64,000 nucleotides of DNA, taken from positions 352,001 to 416,000 of the forward strand of contig CAVXKA010000001.1 in the NCBI GenBank assembly GCA_963762255.1, written 5' to 3'. This DNA comes from Candidatus Eiseniibacteriota bacterium. GTDB lineage: Bacteria; Eisenbacteria; RBG-16-71-46; JABDJR01. Made by a program: the position numbers and the translations under genes. The notes beneath the pieces were generated by a model. That model searched no databases and was not told where the DNA came from. It was given only the letters and a program-made list of their open reading frames with translations. This document shows, one piece after another, positions 49,555 to 59,073 of this stretch. How positions within the stretch are numbered: the stretch's first letter is position 1; every line of letters starts with the position of its first letter.

Positions 49555-50553
49555 TTACCCCTTGAGCGCCAGGAACAGCGCGGTCGCGAAGATGTTGAAC
49601 AAGGCCAGCGGAAGGAGGAACTTCCAACCGATCCGCATCAACTGGTCGAACCGGAACCGCGGGAGCGTTCCGCGCGTCCAGATCGCGAAGAAGATCAGCA
49701 GGAACACTTTGATGCAGAACCAGAGCGGGGAGAGCCACACCGGGCTCGGCCAAGGCACCAGCCACCCGCCCAGGAAGAGCAGGGTGATCATCGAGGTGAT
49801 GGTGATCAGGTTCGCGTACTCCCCGAGGAAGTACATGGCGAATCGCATGCCGCTGTATTCCGTGTGATAGCCGGCCACCAGCTCGGGCTCGGCTTCGGGA
49901 AGGTCGAACGGCACGCGGTTGATCTCGGCGAAGGACGCGATGAGGAACAGAACGAAGGCCAGCGGCTGCATCACGATGAAGGGAAGCTTGTGCTGGGCGG
50001 CGACGACGTCCACCAGGCTGAAGGACCCCACCACCATCACGATGGAGACGATCACCAGCCCCATGGTGAGCTCGTAGGAGATCATCTGGGCCGAGGACCG
50101 CAGGCTCCCCATCAGCGAGTACTTGTTGTTGGAGGCCCACCCGCCGAGGAAGATGCCGTACACGCCGATGCTGGAGAGGGCGAGCAGGAAAAGGAGGGCG
50201 ATGTTGACGTCGGTGATGCGCAGCGCCACGTCCCGACCGAACATGTGCACCGTCTCCCCGAAGGGGATGACCGAGAAGGCCATCAGCGCGGGGACGAGCG
50301 AGAGGATCGGCGCCAGCAGGAAGAGGACGCGATCGGCCTGGGTCGGCGTCACCTGCTCCTTGGTCATGAGCTTGAGGGCGTCGGCCGCGGGCTGAAAGAT
50401 GCCCTGGGGGCCCGCCCGGTTGGGGCCGAGGCGCGCCTGGATCAGCGCCACCACCTTGCGCTCGAGGAGCGTCAGGTAGGCCACCGAGGTGAGCACCACC
50501 ACGAACACCACCAGGACCTTGGCGAGGAGTTCAATCCACCATGCGGTTGTCAC
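49555..50553 (-). CDS. nuoH: NADH-quinone oxidoreductase subunit H
   Basis: LLERKV...Q.RLGPNR, QPAADALKL, GWASNNKY, RVPFDLPEAEPELVAGYHTEYSG, RFRFDQL. Confidence 0.95.
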   Translation of the reverse strand: MTTAWWIELLAKVLVVFVVVLTSVAYLTLLERKVVALIQARLGPNRAGPQGIFQPAADALKLMTKEQVTPTQADRVLFLLAPILSLVPALMAFSVIPFGETVHMFGRDVALRITDVNIALLFLLALSSIGVYGIFLGGWASNNKYSLMGSLRSSAQMISYELTMGLVIVSIVMVVGSFSLVDVVAAQHKLPFIVMQPLAFVLFLIASFAEINRVPFDLPEAEPELVAGYHTEYSGMRFAMYFLGEYANLITITSMITLLFLGGWLVPWPSPVWLSPLWFCIKVFLLIFFAIWTRGTLPRFRFDQLMRIGWKFLLPLALFNIFATALFLALKG

Positions 50554-51845
50554 CACCCCACCTCGCAAAGCTGGCCCCCTTGGGGGCAACCTTTCTCGAC
50601 ATGCGCCTCGTATTCGCTCCGGAACTTCTCGATCCCGCTCCGGATCGGGTTGATGGCGCCGTCGGCGAGCGCGCAGATCGTGCGCCCGCCTCCCATTTCG
50701 CTGCACAGGTCGAGGAGGAGGTCGATCTCCTCCCGCTTGGCCCCGCCGTGCTCGAAGCGATGCAGGATCCGCTCCGCCCAGTGCGTGCCCTCGCGACAGG
50801 GGGTGCACTGGCCGCACGACTCGTGGGCGAAGAATTGGGTGAGGATGAGCGTCGCGCCCACGATGCAGGTCGTCTCGTCCATCACCATCACCGCGGTGGA
50901 GCCCATGGCCGATCCCGCCTTGGCGATCGAATCGAAGTCGAGCGCGGTGTCGATCTGGTCGGCGGAGAGGATCGGGGTCGAGGCACCGCCCGGGATCACC
51001 GCCTTGAGCGCGCGGCCGTCGCGCATGCCGCCGCAGTGGTCGTAGATCAGCTCGCGGAGCGTCACCCCCATCTCGAGCTCGTAGAGCCCCGGCTTTACCA
51101 CGTGGCCGCTCACGTTGAAAATGCGAGGCCCCGTCGAGTTCGTCACCCCGGTGGCGGCGAACCACTGGCCGCCCTTCATGACGATGGCGGGGATCGAGGC
51201 CAGGGTCTCCACGTTGTTGATCACGGTGGGGCCGCCGTAGAGGCCGACCACCGCCGGGAAGGGGGGCTTCAGGCGCGGATGACCGCGCTTGCCCTCGATG
51301 GAGTCCAGAAGGCCGGTCTCCTCGCCGCAGATGTAGGCGCCGGCGCCCGCGACCACGGCGAGGTCGCAGTCCCAACCGCTCCCCAGGATGTTCTTGCCCA
51401 GGTAGCCGGCGGCGTAGGCCTCGCGCACCGCGTCGGAGACGCGATGAATGGGGAGCCCGTACTCGCCGCGGATGTAGATGAAGGCCTGCTTGCTCTCGAT
51501 GGCGTAGGCGGCCAGGAGCACGCCCTCGATCAGGAGGTGCGGGTCGCGCTCGAGAATGATGCGGTCCTTGAACGTGCCGGGTTCGCTCTCGTCGGCGTTG
51601 CATGCCACGTAGCGCGGCTTGGGGATGTTCTTGGGCACGAAGCCCCACTTGGCTCCGGCGGGGAAGCCCGCGCCGCCGCGCCCGCGGATCCCCGAATCCT
51701 TCACGACCTGGATGACCTGGTCGGGCTTGTACTCTTTGAGCGCCTTGCGCAGGGCCTGGTAGGCCCCGTTCTGCTCGGCCACCGCGAGGGTGAAGGAGCG
51801 CGGCCTGTCGACGTTGGCGGTGGTGATCCGGAGCGCCTTGCTCAC
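50550..51845 (-). CDS. nuoF: NADH-quinone oxidoreductase subunit F
   Basis: RGRGGAGFP, NADESEPGTFKD, GAYICGEET, ESCGQCTPCREG, TICAL. Confidence 0.95.
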   Translation of the reverse strand: MSKALRITTANVDRPRSFTLAVAEQNGAYQALRKALKEYKPDQVIQVVKDSGIRGRGGAGFPAGAKWGFVPKNIPKPRYVACNADESEPGTFKDRIILERDPHLLIEGVLLAAYAIESKQAFIYIRGEYGLPIHRVSDAVREAYAAGYLGKNILGSGWDCDLAVVAGAGAYICGEETGLLDSIEGKRGHPRLKPPFPAVVGLYGGPTVINNVETLASIPAIVMKGGQWFAATGVTNSTGPRIFNVSGHVVKPGLYELEMGVTLRELIYDHCGGMRDGRALKAVIPGGASTPILSADQIDTALDFDSIAKAGSAMGSTAVMVMDETTCIVGATLILTQFFAHESCGQCTPCREGTHWAERILHRFEHGGAKREEIDLLLDLCSEMGGGRTICALADGAINPIRSGIEKFRSEYEAHVEKGCPQGGQLCEVGW

Positions 51846-52501
51846 TGCCCCTCCTCCTTCGTCACCGCGGGGGCGGCTTCGGCGGCCGCCTCACCCGGCG
51901 CCGGCGGCACCGCCAGGTGCATCATGATCGCCTCGCTCGCGGTGGGGATCGCCTTGCCGTCGCTTCCCCGCTCCGGCACGATCCCGTCCATCTCCAAGTA
52001 GCCTGCCGGCGCGATGGGCGGCATCTCGTCGCGCCGCAACGCATCCAGAATCGCGTCCACATCGGCACGGCTCAGGTTCTCGAAGTAATAGGGCCCGATC
52101 TGCATCATCGGGGCGTACCCGCAGGCGCCGAGACACTCCGCCTCGAGCAGGGTGAACTTGCCGTCGGGGGTGGTCTCGCCCACCTTGATCCCGAGCGTGC
52201 GCTCGAGGTGGTCCACCATCTTCTGCGCTCCACTCAGGGCGCAGGACAGGTTGCGGCAGACCTCGATCTTGTATCGACCGCGCGGCACCAGGTCGAACAT
52301 GGTGTAGAAACCCACCACCTCGGCGGTCATGTTGTGGGGGAGGTCCAGAAGGTCCGCCACCATCACGAGCGTCTCCGCGTCGAGGTGGCCGGCGTCGGCC
52401 TGCGCGTAGTGAAGCGCGGCCATGACCGCCGACCGGCGCTGCGGGTAGCGGTCCCGGAGAGCGCGGATCTTCTCCTGGGTCTCTGCCGAAAGCTTTGCCA
52501 T
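51842..52501 (-). CDS. nuoE: NADH-quinone oxidoreductase subunit E
   Basis: FYTMF, CRNLSC, ECLGACGYAP ([2Fe-2S] N1a ligands). Confidence 0.95.
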   Translation of the reverse strand: MAKLSAETQEKIRALRDRYPQRRSAVMAALHYAQADAGHLDAETLVMVADLLDLPHNMTAEVVGFYTMFDLVPRGRYKIEVCRNLSCALSGAQKMVDHLERTLGIKVGETTPDGKFTLLEAECLGACGYAPMMQIGPYYFENLSRADVDAILDALRRDEMPPIAPAGYLEMDGIVPERGSDGKAIPTASEAIMMHLAVPPAPGEAAAEAAPAVTKEEGQ

Positions 52502-52587
52502 GGTTCCTCTTCGTCGCTCCCCCGACCCGCGCGATTCCCCCGGCCGGATCGACGGCGAGGGACGGCGTCAGGGCGCGATGGGTGCCC

Positions 52588-53217
52588 TCAGTCCTTGAGG
52601 GCGTCGATGCCGGCCGGGAACCCGGTCAGCGGGAAGTCCTTGCGCAGCGGATGGTGCTGGTAGTCGTCCGGCATCAGAATCCGCCTGAGGTCGGGGTGGC
52701 CGCGGAAGCGGATCCCCATGAGGTCGAACACCTCGCGCTCGGCGTAGTCCGCGCCGAGCCACAGAGGCACAACCGAATCGATCTCGGGTGTCTCCCCCGA
52801 TACCGGGCACTTCACGCGGAAACGAATCGCCTGGTCGAGATTGAGCAGGTGGTAGACCACCATGAAGCGGGGCTCCTCGGGGTAGAGATCCACCGAGGTC
52901 ACGTCGTGACACATCCGGTAGCCCCAGGTGTCGCGAAGGAACTGCATGAACTCGAGAACCCGGTCGGGCTTCAGAACCGCGGTCCACTCGCCGCGGAAAT
53001 GCACGATCTGGAGAAGCTCCGAACCGAACTGCTCGCGCAACGCGAGCGCGGTGCGCTCAGCGTACTCGAGATCGGTCCGGGAAGAGGTCCGGGCGGGCTC
53101 CGCCGGCGGGGCTTCGGCGCCCTCCGCCCTGGCGCGAATGCCGTAGGGCGAAAGTCCGGCGGGAGTGTAGGGCCCGCCGTAGCGCTTACCCTGTGCGTTC
53201 TTCGACTCAGGCTTCAT
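52588..53217 (-). CDS. nuoC: NADH-quinone oxidoreductase subunit C (not fused to D)
   Basis: DVTSVD, RFMVVYHL, EREVFDLMGIRFRGHPDLRRILMP, HPLRKDFPL; stop at 52588. Confidence 0.93.
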   Translation of the reverse strand: MKPESKNAQGKRYGGPYTPAGLSPYGIRARAEGAEAPPAEPARTSSRTDLEYAERTALALREQFGSELLQIVHFRGEWTAVLKPDRVLEFMQFLRDTWGYRMCHDVTSVDLYPEEPRFMVVYHLLNLDQAIRFRVKCPVSGETPEIDSVVPLWLGADYAEREVFDLMGIRFRGHPDLRRILMPDDYQHHPLRKDFPLTGFPAGIDALKD

Positions 53218-53605
53218 GGTTGGTCTCCTGAAGGAGCCGGTCGCGCTGCGGTCCCCACTCCAGAGCCCCCATGCGCCACACGTACGCGTACCCCACGAGC
53301 AGGATACCCAGGAAGACCAGCATCTCCAGGAAGAGGAACATGGCCTGCTGGCGGAAGATGACGGCCCATGGATAGAGGAAGACGGTTTCCAGATCAAAGA
53401 CGATAAAGAGCATCGCCACGACATAAAAACGGACGCTATATCGCTCCCGCGCGTCGCCCACCGGCGGCATGCCGCACTCGTAGGGCGCATTCTTGGAGGC
53501 GTCCGGTTTCGAGGGGCCGAGGATCCAGGCGAGAACCAGCGCCACGACGGCGAAGCCGCCCGTCAGGATCAACATGACCAGAATCGGTACGTAGAGTGTG
53601 GCCAT
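53207..53605 (-). CDS. nuoA: NADH-quinone oxidoreductase subunit A
   Basis: PYECG, RFYVVAMLFIVFDLETVFLYPWA, YVWRMGALEW. Confidence 0.95.
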   Translation of the reverse strand: MATLYVPILVMLILTGGFAVVALVLAWILGPSKPDASKNAPYECGMPPVGDARERYSVRFYVVAMLFIVFDLETVFLYPWAVIFRQQAMFLFLEMLVFLGILLVGYAYVWRMGALEWGPQRDRLLQETNHEA

Positions 53606-53680
53606 AGGTGCTCTTCAGTACCCCCCACCCCCGGTCCCGAAGAGGCGATCCTATCCGGCAACCCACTGCGAGGGATTCAC

Positions 53681-53698
53681 TTGTGAAACTTTGCACAA
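53681..53698. promoter_or_regulatory. Putative Rex operator upstream of nuoA
   Basis: TTGTGAA-ACTT-TGCACAA, one mismatch to TTGTGAA-N4-TTCACAA; just downstream of the nuo promoter. Confidence 0.75.
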
Positions 53699-53708
53699 AC
53701 GACGGGCG

Positions 53709-53737
53709 AGTCTAGGTCGGGCCCCGGGGAGTGTCAA
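53709..53737 (-). promoter_or_regulatory. Sigma70 promoter of the nuo operon
   Basis: Minus strand TTGACA-N17-TAGACT. Confidence 0.8.
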
Positions 53738-54384
53738 TCTGATTCTGGGGCGGCGCGGTCCGGTTTGCCCTCCCGCACGGGCTTGGCGCCGTTTTCGAAG
53801 CGTTCCAGATCTGCGGGGGTGTTGATGTTCGCCAGCGATCGGGCGGTCTCTTCCGCGCCGGCCGGGAGGACCCTGGTCGCGGCCTCGTCGAGGACCCGCT
53901 GGAGGGGAACCTCCCCGGGGAGGGCGGCCAGGAGCGGGGCTAGGGACCGGTGGTAGAGACCGGGCAGGGGGTGGCGGCGCCCCGAGGCCTCTCCGAAGCA
54001 GACCGCCCGGACGGCTGGGGGCTCTTCGGGGGGCAGCGCGGCGAGAAGCGTCCGCAACAGCGGGGGGTCCACCCCCGGCATATCGTTACCCAGTAATAAG
54101 ATCCATGGTGTAGCGCTGGCCTCCATCGCGGCGCGCAGACCCTCGGCGGGGCCCAGGCCGGGCCGCTCCGAGCTGACCACGTCCACCCCGAACCCGTTGT
54201 ACGGACCGGGCTCCGAGGCCACCACCCGGGGCCGCAGACCCAGGGCCTTCAGAGCCGCGACCGCCCGCGCCAGGAGAGGTCGGCCGGTGATCGGGGCCAG
54301 GGCCTTGTCCGTGCCGAACCGGCTCGACCGCCCACCTGCCAGCACGAACCCCTCCACCCGGCTCGCCAGATGCTTTTCTGACAT
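53734..54384 (-). CDS. mobA: Molybdenum cofactor guanylyltransferase
   Basis: VLAGGRSSRFGTDKA, GPAEGL, NDMP, HPLPGLY, NINTPADL. Confidence 0.88.
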   Translation of the reverse strand: MSEKHLASRVEGFVLAGGRSSRFGTDKALAPITGRPLLARAVAALKALGLRPRVVASEPGPYNGFGVDVVSSERPGLGPAEGLRAAMEASATPWILLLGNDMPGVDPPLLRTLLAALPPEEPPAVRAVCFGEASGRRHPLPGLYHRSLAPLLAALPGEVPLQRVLDEAATRVLPAGAEETARSLANINTPADLERFENGAKPVREGKPDRAAPESD

Positions 54385-54455
54385 GCGTTTGACCCCGCGC
54401 CGTTCCTTACCTAGACTGCTGCCGGTTTTCCACTCGGTTTCCCGGAGGGTATGCC

Positions 54456-56222
54456 TTGCCCCAAGAGGATCGCAAACCGGCCGGAGGCGGCTCGTTTCCC
54501 CATCGTCTCCGTCGGTCCCTGCAACTGACGCCGGGACGGTTCCGCGGCATCGACCGTTGGGCCGGGATCGCCTCGTGGATGCTCATCATCGTCATCATCC
54601 TCGGGCAGGGCTACCAGCTCCGTCTGCTCCAACGCTACCCCGTCAGCCAGGCGGTGGCGATCCTCCTCGTCGTGCTCGTGATTGCGCGGCTCTTGCTCGA
54701 CGCGCTGGGCACCCCCCGCCCCCGCCCGTTCTTCAGGGCACATTGGCTGGAGCTCGTGCTTCTCGGGCTCATGGCCGTCACACCGATCACCTTCTGGGCC
54801 ATCGGATTCCTCCTCGCTCTGCGGGTGCTCATCCGGGCGGGGTCGCGGCTTCTTACTTCACCTTCCGGACGCGGCTTCCTGCTCGGCGTGGCCCATAGCC
54901 CCGCCCGCACCATCGCAACCAGCTTTCTCGGCGCGATCGGCGGCGGCACGCTCCTGCTCACCTTCCCCGGAGCCTCGGCGAGCGGCGAGTCCGCCCCCCT
55001 CATCACCGCGCTCTTCACGTCCACCTCCGCGGTGTGCGTGACCGGGCTCACGGTGGTGGACACCCCCGTCTACTGGTCGACTTTCGGGCAATGGGTGATT
55101 CTGCTGCTCATCCAGGTGGGGGGGTTGGGCATCATGAGCCTGAGCGCGTCGGCGGCCCTCGTCTTCGGACGCAGCTTTGGCGCCAGCTCGCGGGGACTCT
55201 TCGAGGAGGCCTACGAGGAGACCGCCAAGCGGGACATCACCCACCTCCTGCAGTTCATCGTGGCCTTCACCTTCGTCACCGAGATCGTCGGGGCGCTCGT
55301 GCTCGGCCTGCACTGGTCACGACACATGCCGCTCTTGAGCGCGCTCTACCACGGGCTCTTTCATTCCGTCTCCGCCTTCTGCAATGCCGGCTTCTCCACC
55401 TTCTCCAACAACCTCGCCGGGTGGGTGAGCGATCCCGTGGTGACGTTCGCGGTGACCCTCCTCATCATCATCGGCGGCATCGGCTTCACGGTCGCGATGA
55501 GCCTCCTCGGTCTCGCCCGCCACCCGCTCCATCCGGTGCTGTGGTGGCGCCGGGAGCGCACCCATACGAAGCTCGTGCTGACCGCGACCGCGGTCCTGAT
55601 CGTGACGGGCACCCTTGCTTACTTCTTCTTCGAGTACGAGAGTTCGCTGGCCGGACTGCCGCTGGGCTCGAAGCTCCTCGCTTCCTACTTCCAATCGGTG
55701 ACCGCCCGCACCGCCGGGTATAACACCGTCGATATCGCCGCCACCGCGCCCATCACCGCTACCATCGTCATCGTGCTGATGTTCATCGGAGGATCGCCCG
55801 GAGGCACCGCGGGCGGCGTCAAGACCACCACCATGGGCATTCTCATCCTGTCCCTGCGCTCCCTCTTGCGTGGACGGCGCGATGTCGAGGTCTTCGGGCG
55901 GAGGATCCCCGACGAGACGTTGCTCAGAGCGGTCTCGGTGACCCTCTTGGGCGGCACGCTCCTCGGCCTGGGCGCGATGGGCCTCTTTCTGGTCGAGGTG
56001 AACAAGAACTACCTCGACCTGCTGTTCGAATCGGTGTCGGCGTTCGGCACGGTGGGGCTCTCGCGCGGAGTTACCCCGACGTTGACACCTATGGGACAGC
56101 TGATCATCATCTCGCTCATGTTCGTGGGACGCACCGGCCCGCTCACCCTCGCTTTCGCGGTGGGCAAGTCCGGCGCGCGCACGTTCTACCGCTACCCCGA
56201 CGGGAAGATCCTGGTGGGGTAG
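54456..56222 (+). CDS. trkH: Trk/Ktr potassium uptake permease with N-terminal membrane extension
   Basis: Four P-loops SAVCVTGL, SAFCNAGF, ARTAGY, AFGTVGL; LMFIGGSPGGTAGGVK; MFVGRTGP. Confidence 0.92.
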   Translation: MPQEDRKPAGGGSFPHRLRRSLQLTPGRFRGIDRWAGIASWMLIIVIILGQGYQLRLLQRYPVSQAVAILLVVLVIARLLLDALGTPRPRPFFRAHWLELVLLGLMAVTPITFWAIGFLLALRVLIRAGSRLLTSPSGRGFLLGVAHSPARTIATSFLGAIGGGTLLLTFPGASASGESAPLITALFTSTSAVCVTGLTVVDTPVYWSTFGQWVILLLIQVGGLGIMSLSASAALVFGRSFGASSRGLFEEAYEETAKRDITHLLQFIVAFTFVTEIVGALVLGLHWSRHMPLLSALYHGLFHSVSAFCNAGFSTFSNNLAGWVSDPVVTFAVTLLIIIGGIGFTVAMSLLGLARHPLHPVLWWRRERTHTKLVLTATAVLIVTGTLAYFFFEYESSLAGLPLGSKLLASYFQSVTARTAGYNTVDIAATAPITATIVIVLMFIGGSPGGTAGGVKTTTMGILILSLRSLLRGRRDVEVFGRRIPDETLLRAVSVTLLGGTLLGLGAMGLFLVEVNKNYLDLLFESVSAFGTVGLSRGVTPTLTPMGQLIIISLMFVGRTGPLTLAFAVGKSGARTFYRYPDGKILVG

Positions 56223-56304
56223 GCGCCCTGCCGCGCACGTGCGCGACGCGACGCCGAACGCGGAGTCTTTCTTTGGGCGCCCCGCGGCGCCGGACTGAGA
56301 ACCC

Positions 56305-57000
56305 ATGGAACGCTACGTCGTGATCGGCCTCGGCGCTTTCGGCGGCCCGGTAGCCCGTCGGCTTGCCGAGCGCGGCCAGGACGTGCTCGCCATCGACAAG
56401 AACGGGCGGCTGGTCGAAGAGGTCAAGGACCATGTCTCGCGCGCCGTGGTGGCCGACGCCACCGATCGCGACACCCTCGAGGCGCTGGGCGTGGCCGAGT
56501 TCACGACCGGCGTGGTGGCGATCGGCGAGCATCGCGAGGCCAACATCCTGGTCTCCGCGCTCCTGCGCGAACTCGGCCTTCCACGCATCGTCGCCCGCGC
56601 CACGAGCCCGCTGCACGCGCGCATTCTCACCGCGGTCGGCGTGCACAAGGTGATCTCGCCGGAGGAGGACTATGGGGCGCAGCTCGCCGACACGCTCGTC
56701 TCTTCGGTGACGCTCGAGCGCTTCCCGCTCGCCGAGGGGATCCTGGTCGCGGAACTTCCGATGCACCCGAACATGGTCGGCCGCACTCTTCGCGATCTCA
56801 GCCTGCGCGAGCGGTTCGGCGTGAACGTGGTGGCGTTGCGCGTCAAGCGGCGAACGGTGGATGACGAGGGACAGATCCAGGAGACGACCGAAGTGACGAG
56901 CTTCCCCGAGCCCGATCAGGCGCTCTCGGAAGGAACCGTGCTGGTGGTCATCGGTTCGGAGGAGGCGATCGACGCTCTAACCGGAGCGTTCGGTCGCTAG
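56305..57000 (+). CDS. trkA: TrkA/KtrA RCK regulatory subunit
   Basis: VIGLGAFG, VLAID, ADAT, VVAIGE, VISPE, C-terminal RCK_C (VGRTLRDLSLRERFGVNVVAL). Confidence 0.92.
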   Translation: MERYVVIGLGAFGGPVARRLAERGQDVLAIDKNGRLVEEVKDHVSRAVVADATDRDTLEALGVAEFTTGVVAIGEHREANILVSALLRELGLPRIVARATSPLHARILTAVGVHKVISPEEDYGAQLADTLVSSVTLERFPLAEGILVAELPMHPNMVGRTLRDLSLRERFGVNVVALRVKRRTVDDEGQIQETTEVTSFPEPDQALSEGTVLVVIGSEEAIDALTGAFGR

Positions 57001-57002
57001 CA

Positions 57003-58346
57003 ATGTCTCCCCTCAGCAGCAGCCCCTGGCAGGAACGGGTTCTTCCCCGACGGCGCACGCTCACCGTGCGAGCGAAGCTGGTCTGGACGCTCACCCTGCT
57101 CGTGCTCCTCTCCCTCATACCCGTGGCCGGCTCGTTGGTGGCGCTCCACCGAGCCCGCACCGCCATCTCGACCATCCTGCGGACCGGGATCGATCCCTCG
57201 CTCCTCGTCGACGACGTCCAACTCGCACTGGCCCAGGCGAGGCTGGCCCGTCTCGACTTCCTGTTCACCGGAGAGGCGATCCGCGGCGAGGACGCAGCGG
57301 ACGCGGCGGGATTCGTGCGGATCCTCGTGGAGGGCGCCCGCGAATCCTGGCCCTACGACACCGAGGAATTCGACCGCCTGTTGATCCTCGCGCGCACCTA
57401 CGAGAACGCCTCGCGGGAGATGGTGGCCATCGGACCTCCCCCGCGACCGCAGCTTGTCCTCTCTCACGTCAAGCAGGTGGAGGAGGCTCGGTCGCGCTTC
57501 CTGACCCTTCGGTCGCAGGCGGAGCGGGCCCGCACGTCGCGCGAGAGGGATGCCGCGCTTCGAGAGGCGCGCGCCCTCCTGCTCAACCTCGACGACACCG
57601 TCTACATCACGGTGGGACCGGGAACCCCCGCGGACTCCCTCCTGCAAGCGGTGATCCGATCGGAAGCGCGCATCGAGGACATCTCCCACGCGGTGTACGC
57701 GCAGGCCATCCGCCACCTGACGCAGCAGCGCACAGGGCTCGAACGCGCGCTCTCGCTCACCGTGCGCAATCTCATCTCGATCATCTTCGTTGCGCTCGTC
57801 CTCGCCTTGGCGGTCGCTTTCACCGCCCCCAAGTGGATCCTCCTCCCCATCCGCCGGCTCACCCGCCTCATCCATTACGCGCGCACCTCGGGGCCGCGCC
57901 CCAGCGCGATCCCGGTCGGTAACGACGAGGTCGGCCAATTGGCCGGATTCCTCCAGGAGCACCTCGATCAGGACCGTGAGGTGGAGGAGACACGGCGGCG
58001 GTTCCATCGCGCGGGGGTGCAGCGCGTCGAGGCGCTGGCGGAAGGCGGCGATTACTACGTGGCCGGGATCGCGCCCCAGGACCACCTCGCCTTCGTGAGC
58101 CGCGGCTTGCGCGACGCCCTGGGGATTCAGGCGCTGGCCTCGGTGGCGCTCCCCTTCGACCAGGTGTGGCCGGATCCCGCGCTCATCGAGGCGGTGCGAA
58201 CGTTTCGCGGCGAGCCGGAGGACGAAAAGACGATCACGTTGTCCCGCGACCCGTTCAAGGGGCGCTCGGCGAACCTGGTGCGAAGCCGCGCCGGGGACCG
58301 CGCGGAGGCGGAGATCCTCGTCCTCGTCAAGCGCGACGCGGACTGA
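57003..58346 (+). CDS. Membrane sensor-like protein (TM, helical extracytoplasmic domain, TM, HAMP, PAS-like) with no output domain
   Basis: Two TMs; PIRRLT...GNDEVGQLA HAMP; no H-box or ATPase motifs before the stop. Confidence 0.7.
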   Translation: MSPLSSSPWQERVLPRRRTLTVRAKLVWTLTLLVLLSLIPVAGSLVALHRARTAISTILRTGIDPSLLVDDVQLALAQARLARLDFLFTGEAIRGEDAADAAGFVRILVEGARESWPYDTEEFDRLLILARTYENASREMVAIGPPPRPQLVLSHVKQVEEARSRFLTLRSQAERARTSRERDAALREARALLLNLDDTVYITVGPGTPADSLLQAVIRSEARIEDISHAVYAQAIRHLTQQRTGLERALSLTVRNLISIIFVALVLALAVAFTAPKWILLPIRRLTRLIHYARTSGPRPSAIPVGNDEVGQLAGFLQEHLDQDREVEETRRRFHRAGVQRVEALAEGGDYYVAGIAPQDHLAFVSRGLRDALGIQALASVALPFDQVWPDPALIEAVRTFRGEPEDEKTITLSRDPFKGRSANLVRSRAGDRAEAEILVLVKRDAD

Positions 58347-58388
58347 TCGACGCCCGAACGGCGCCGCGCCGCTCTCCGGCAGGTTCGA

Positions 58389-59012
58389 TCAGCTCCCCAA
58401 GAGGTTCTTGATGTCCTGCTCGTAGACCGAGCCAGGGTAGAGCCCCACGTATTTCTTGTAGATCTTCCCGTCCTGGCTGATGACGAACGCGGTCGGAATG
58501 CCGGTGACCCCGCCGAAGTCGTTCACGATCTTCTGGGTTCCCATGAGCACCGGATAGTTCATCTGGTAACGCGCCACAAACGGTTTCACGATCGACGGAC
58601 CCTGCTGATCGAGCGAAACCCCGACGATCTCCACGCCCTTGTCCTTGTAGGCCGCGTAGAGCTTGTTGAGTTCGGGGATCCCCTTGCGGCAGGGGCCGCA
58701 CCAGGTTGCCCAGAAGTCCACGATGACGACCTTCCCCTTGAACTGGGCGCTCTCCACCGGTCTCCCTGCAAGGTCGACCAGCGACCAGGCGGGGGCAGGC
58801 TTGAGCTGGCTGGTGTCGACTGCGGGCCTGGCCTGCTGGGTGGCGCCGACCGGAGTCGTGGTCGCCTCGGCGGTCGCCAGGTCGGCATTGGCGGCGACGG
58901 CGGGCTTCCCGGCCTCCTCGGCGGCGGACTCGCGAGATGTGTCCCGGCCTGCACCGCATCCCGCCAAGAGGGCGAGGGCGACGACGGCGATCACAGTGAT
59001 TCGGTGCAGCAT
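58389..59012 (-). CDS. TlpA/ResA-family thiol-disulfide oxidoreductase lipoprotein
   Basis: GGAGG RBS; LAGC; KGKVVIVDFWATWCGPC; GIPTAFVI. Confidence 0.9.
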   Translation of the reverse strand: MLHRITVIAVVALALLAGCGAGRDTSRESAAEEAGKPAVAANADLATAEATTTPVGATQQARPAVDTSQLKPAPAWSLVDLAGRPVESAQFKGKVVIVDFWATWCGPCRKGIPELNKLYAAYKDKGVEIVGVSLDQQGPSIVKPFVARYQMNYPVLMGTQKIVNDFGGVTGIPTAFVISQDGKIYKKYVGLYPGSVYEQDIKNLLGS

Positions 59013-59073
59013 GGTTCCTCCGTTCCAGGGGCCCAATCGTGACGTGGGAGAGACAGTATAAGCGATGGTTTGG

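Noticed and set aside
52502-52587. Possible nuoD remnant in the nuoC-nuoE gap
   Set aside because: Only 86 bp, and I found no recognisable NuoD motif on inspection.
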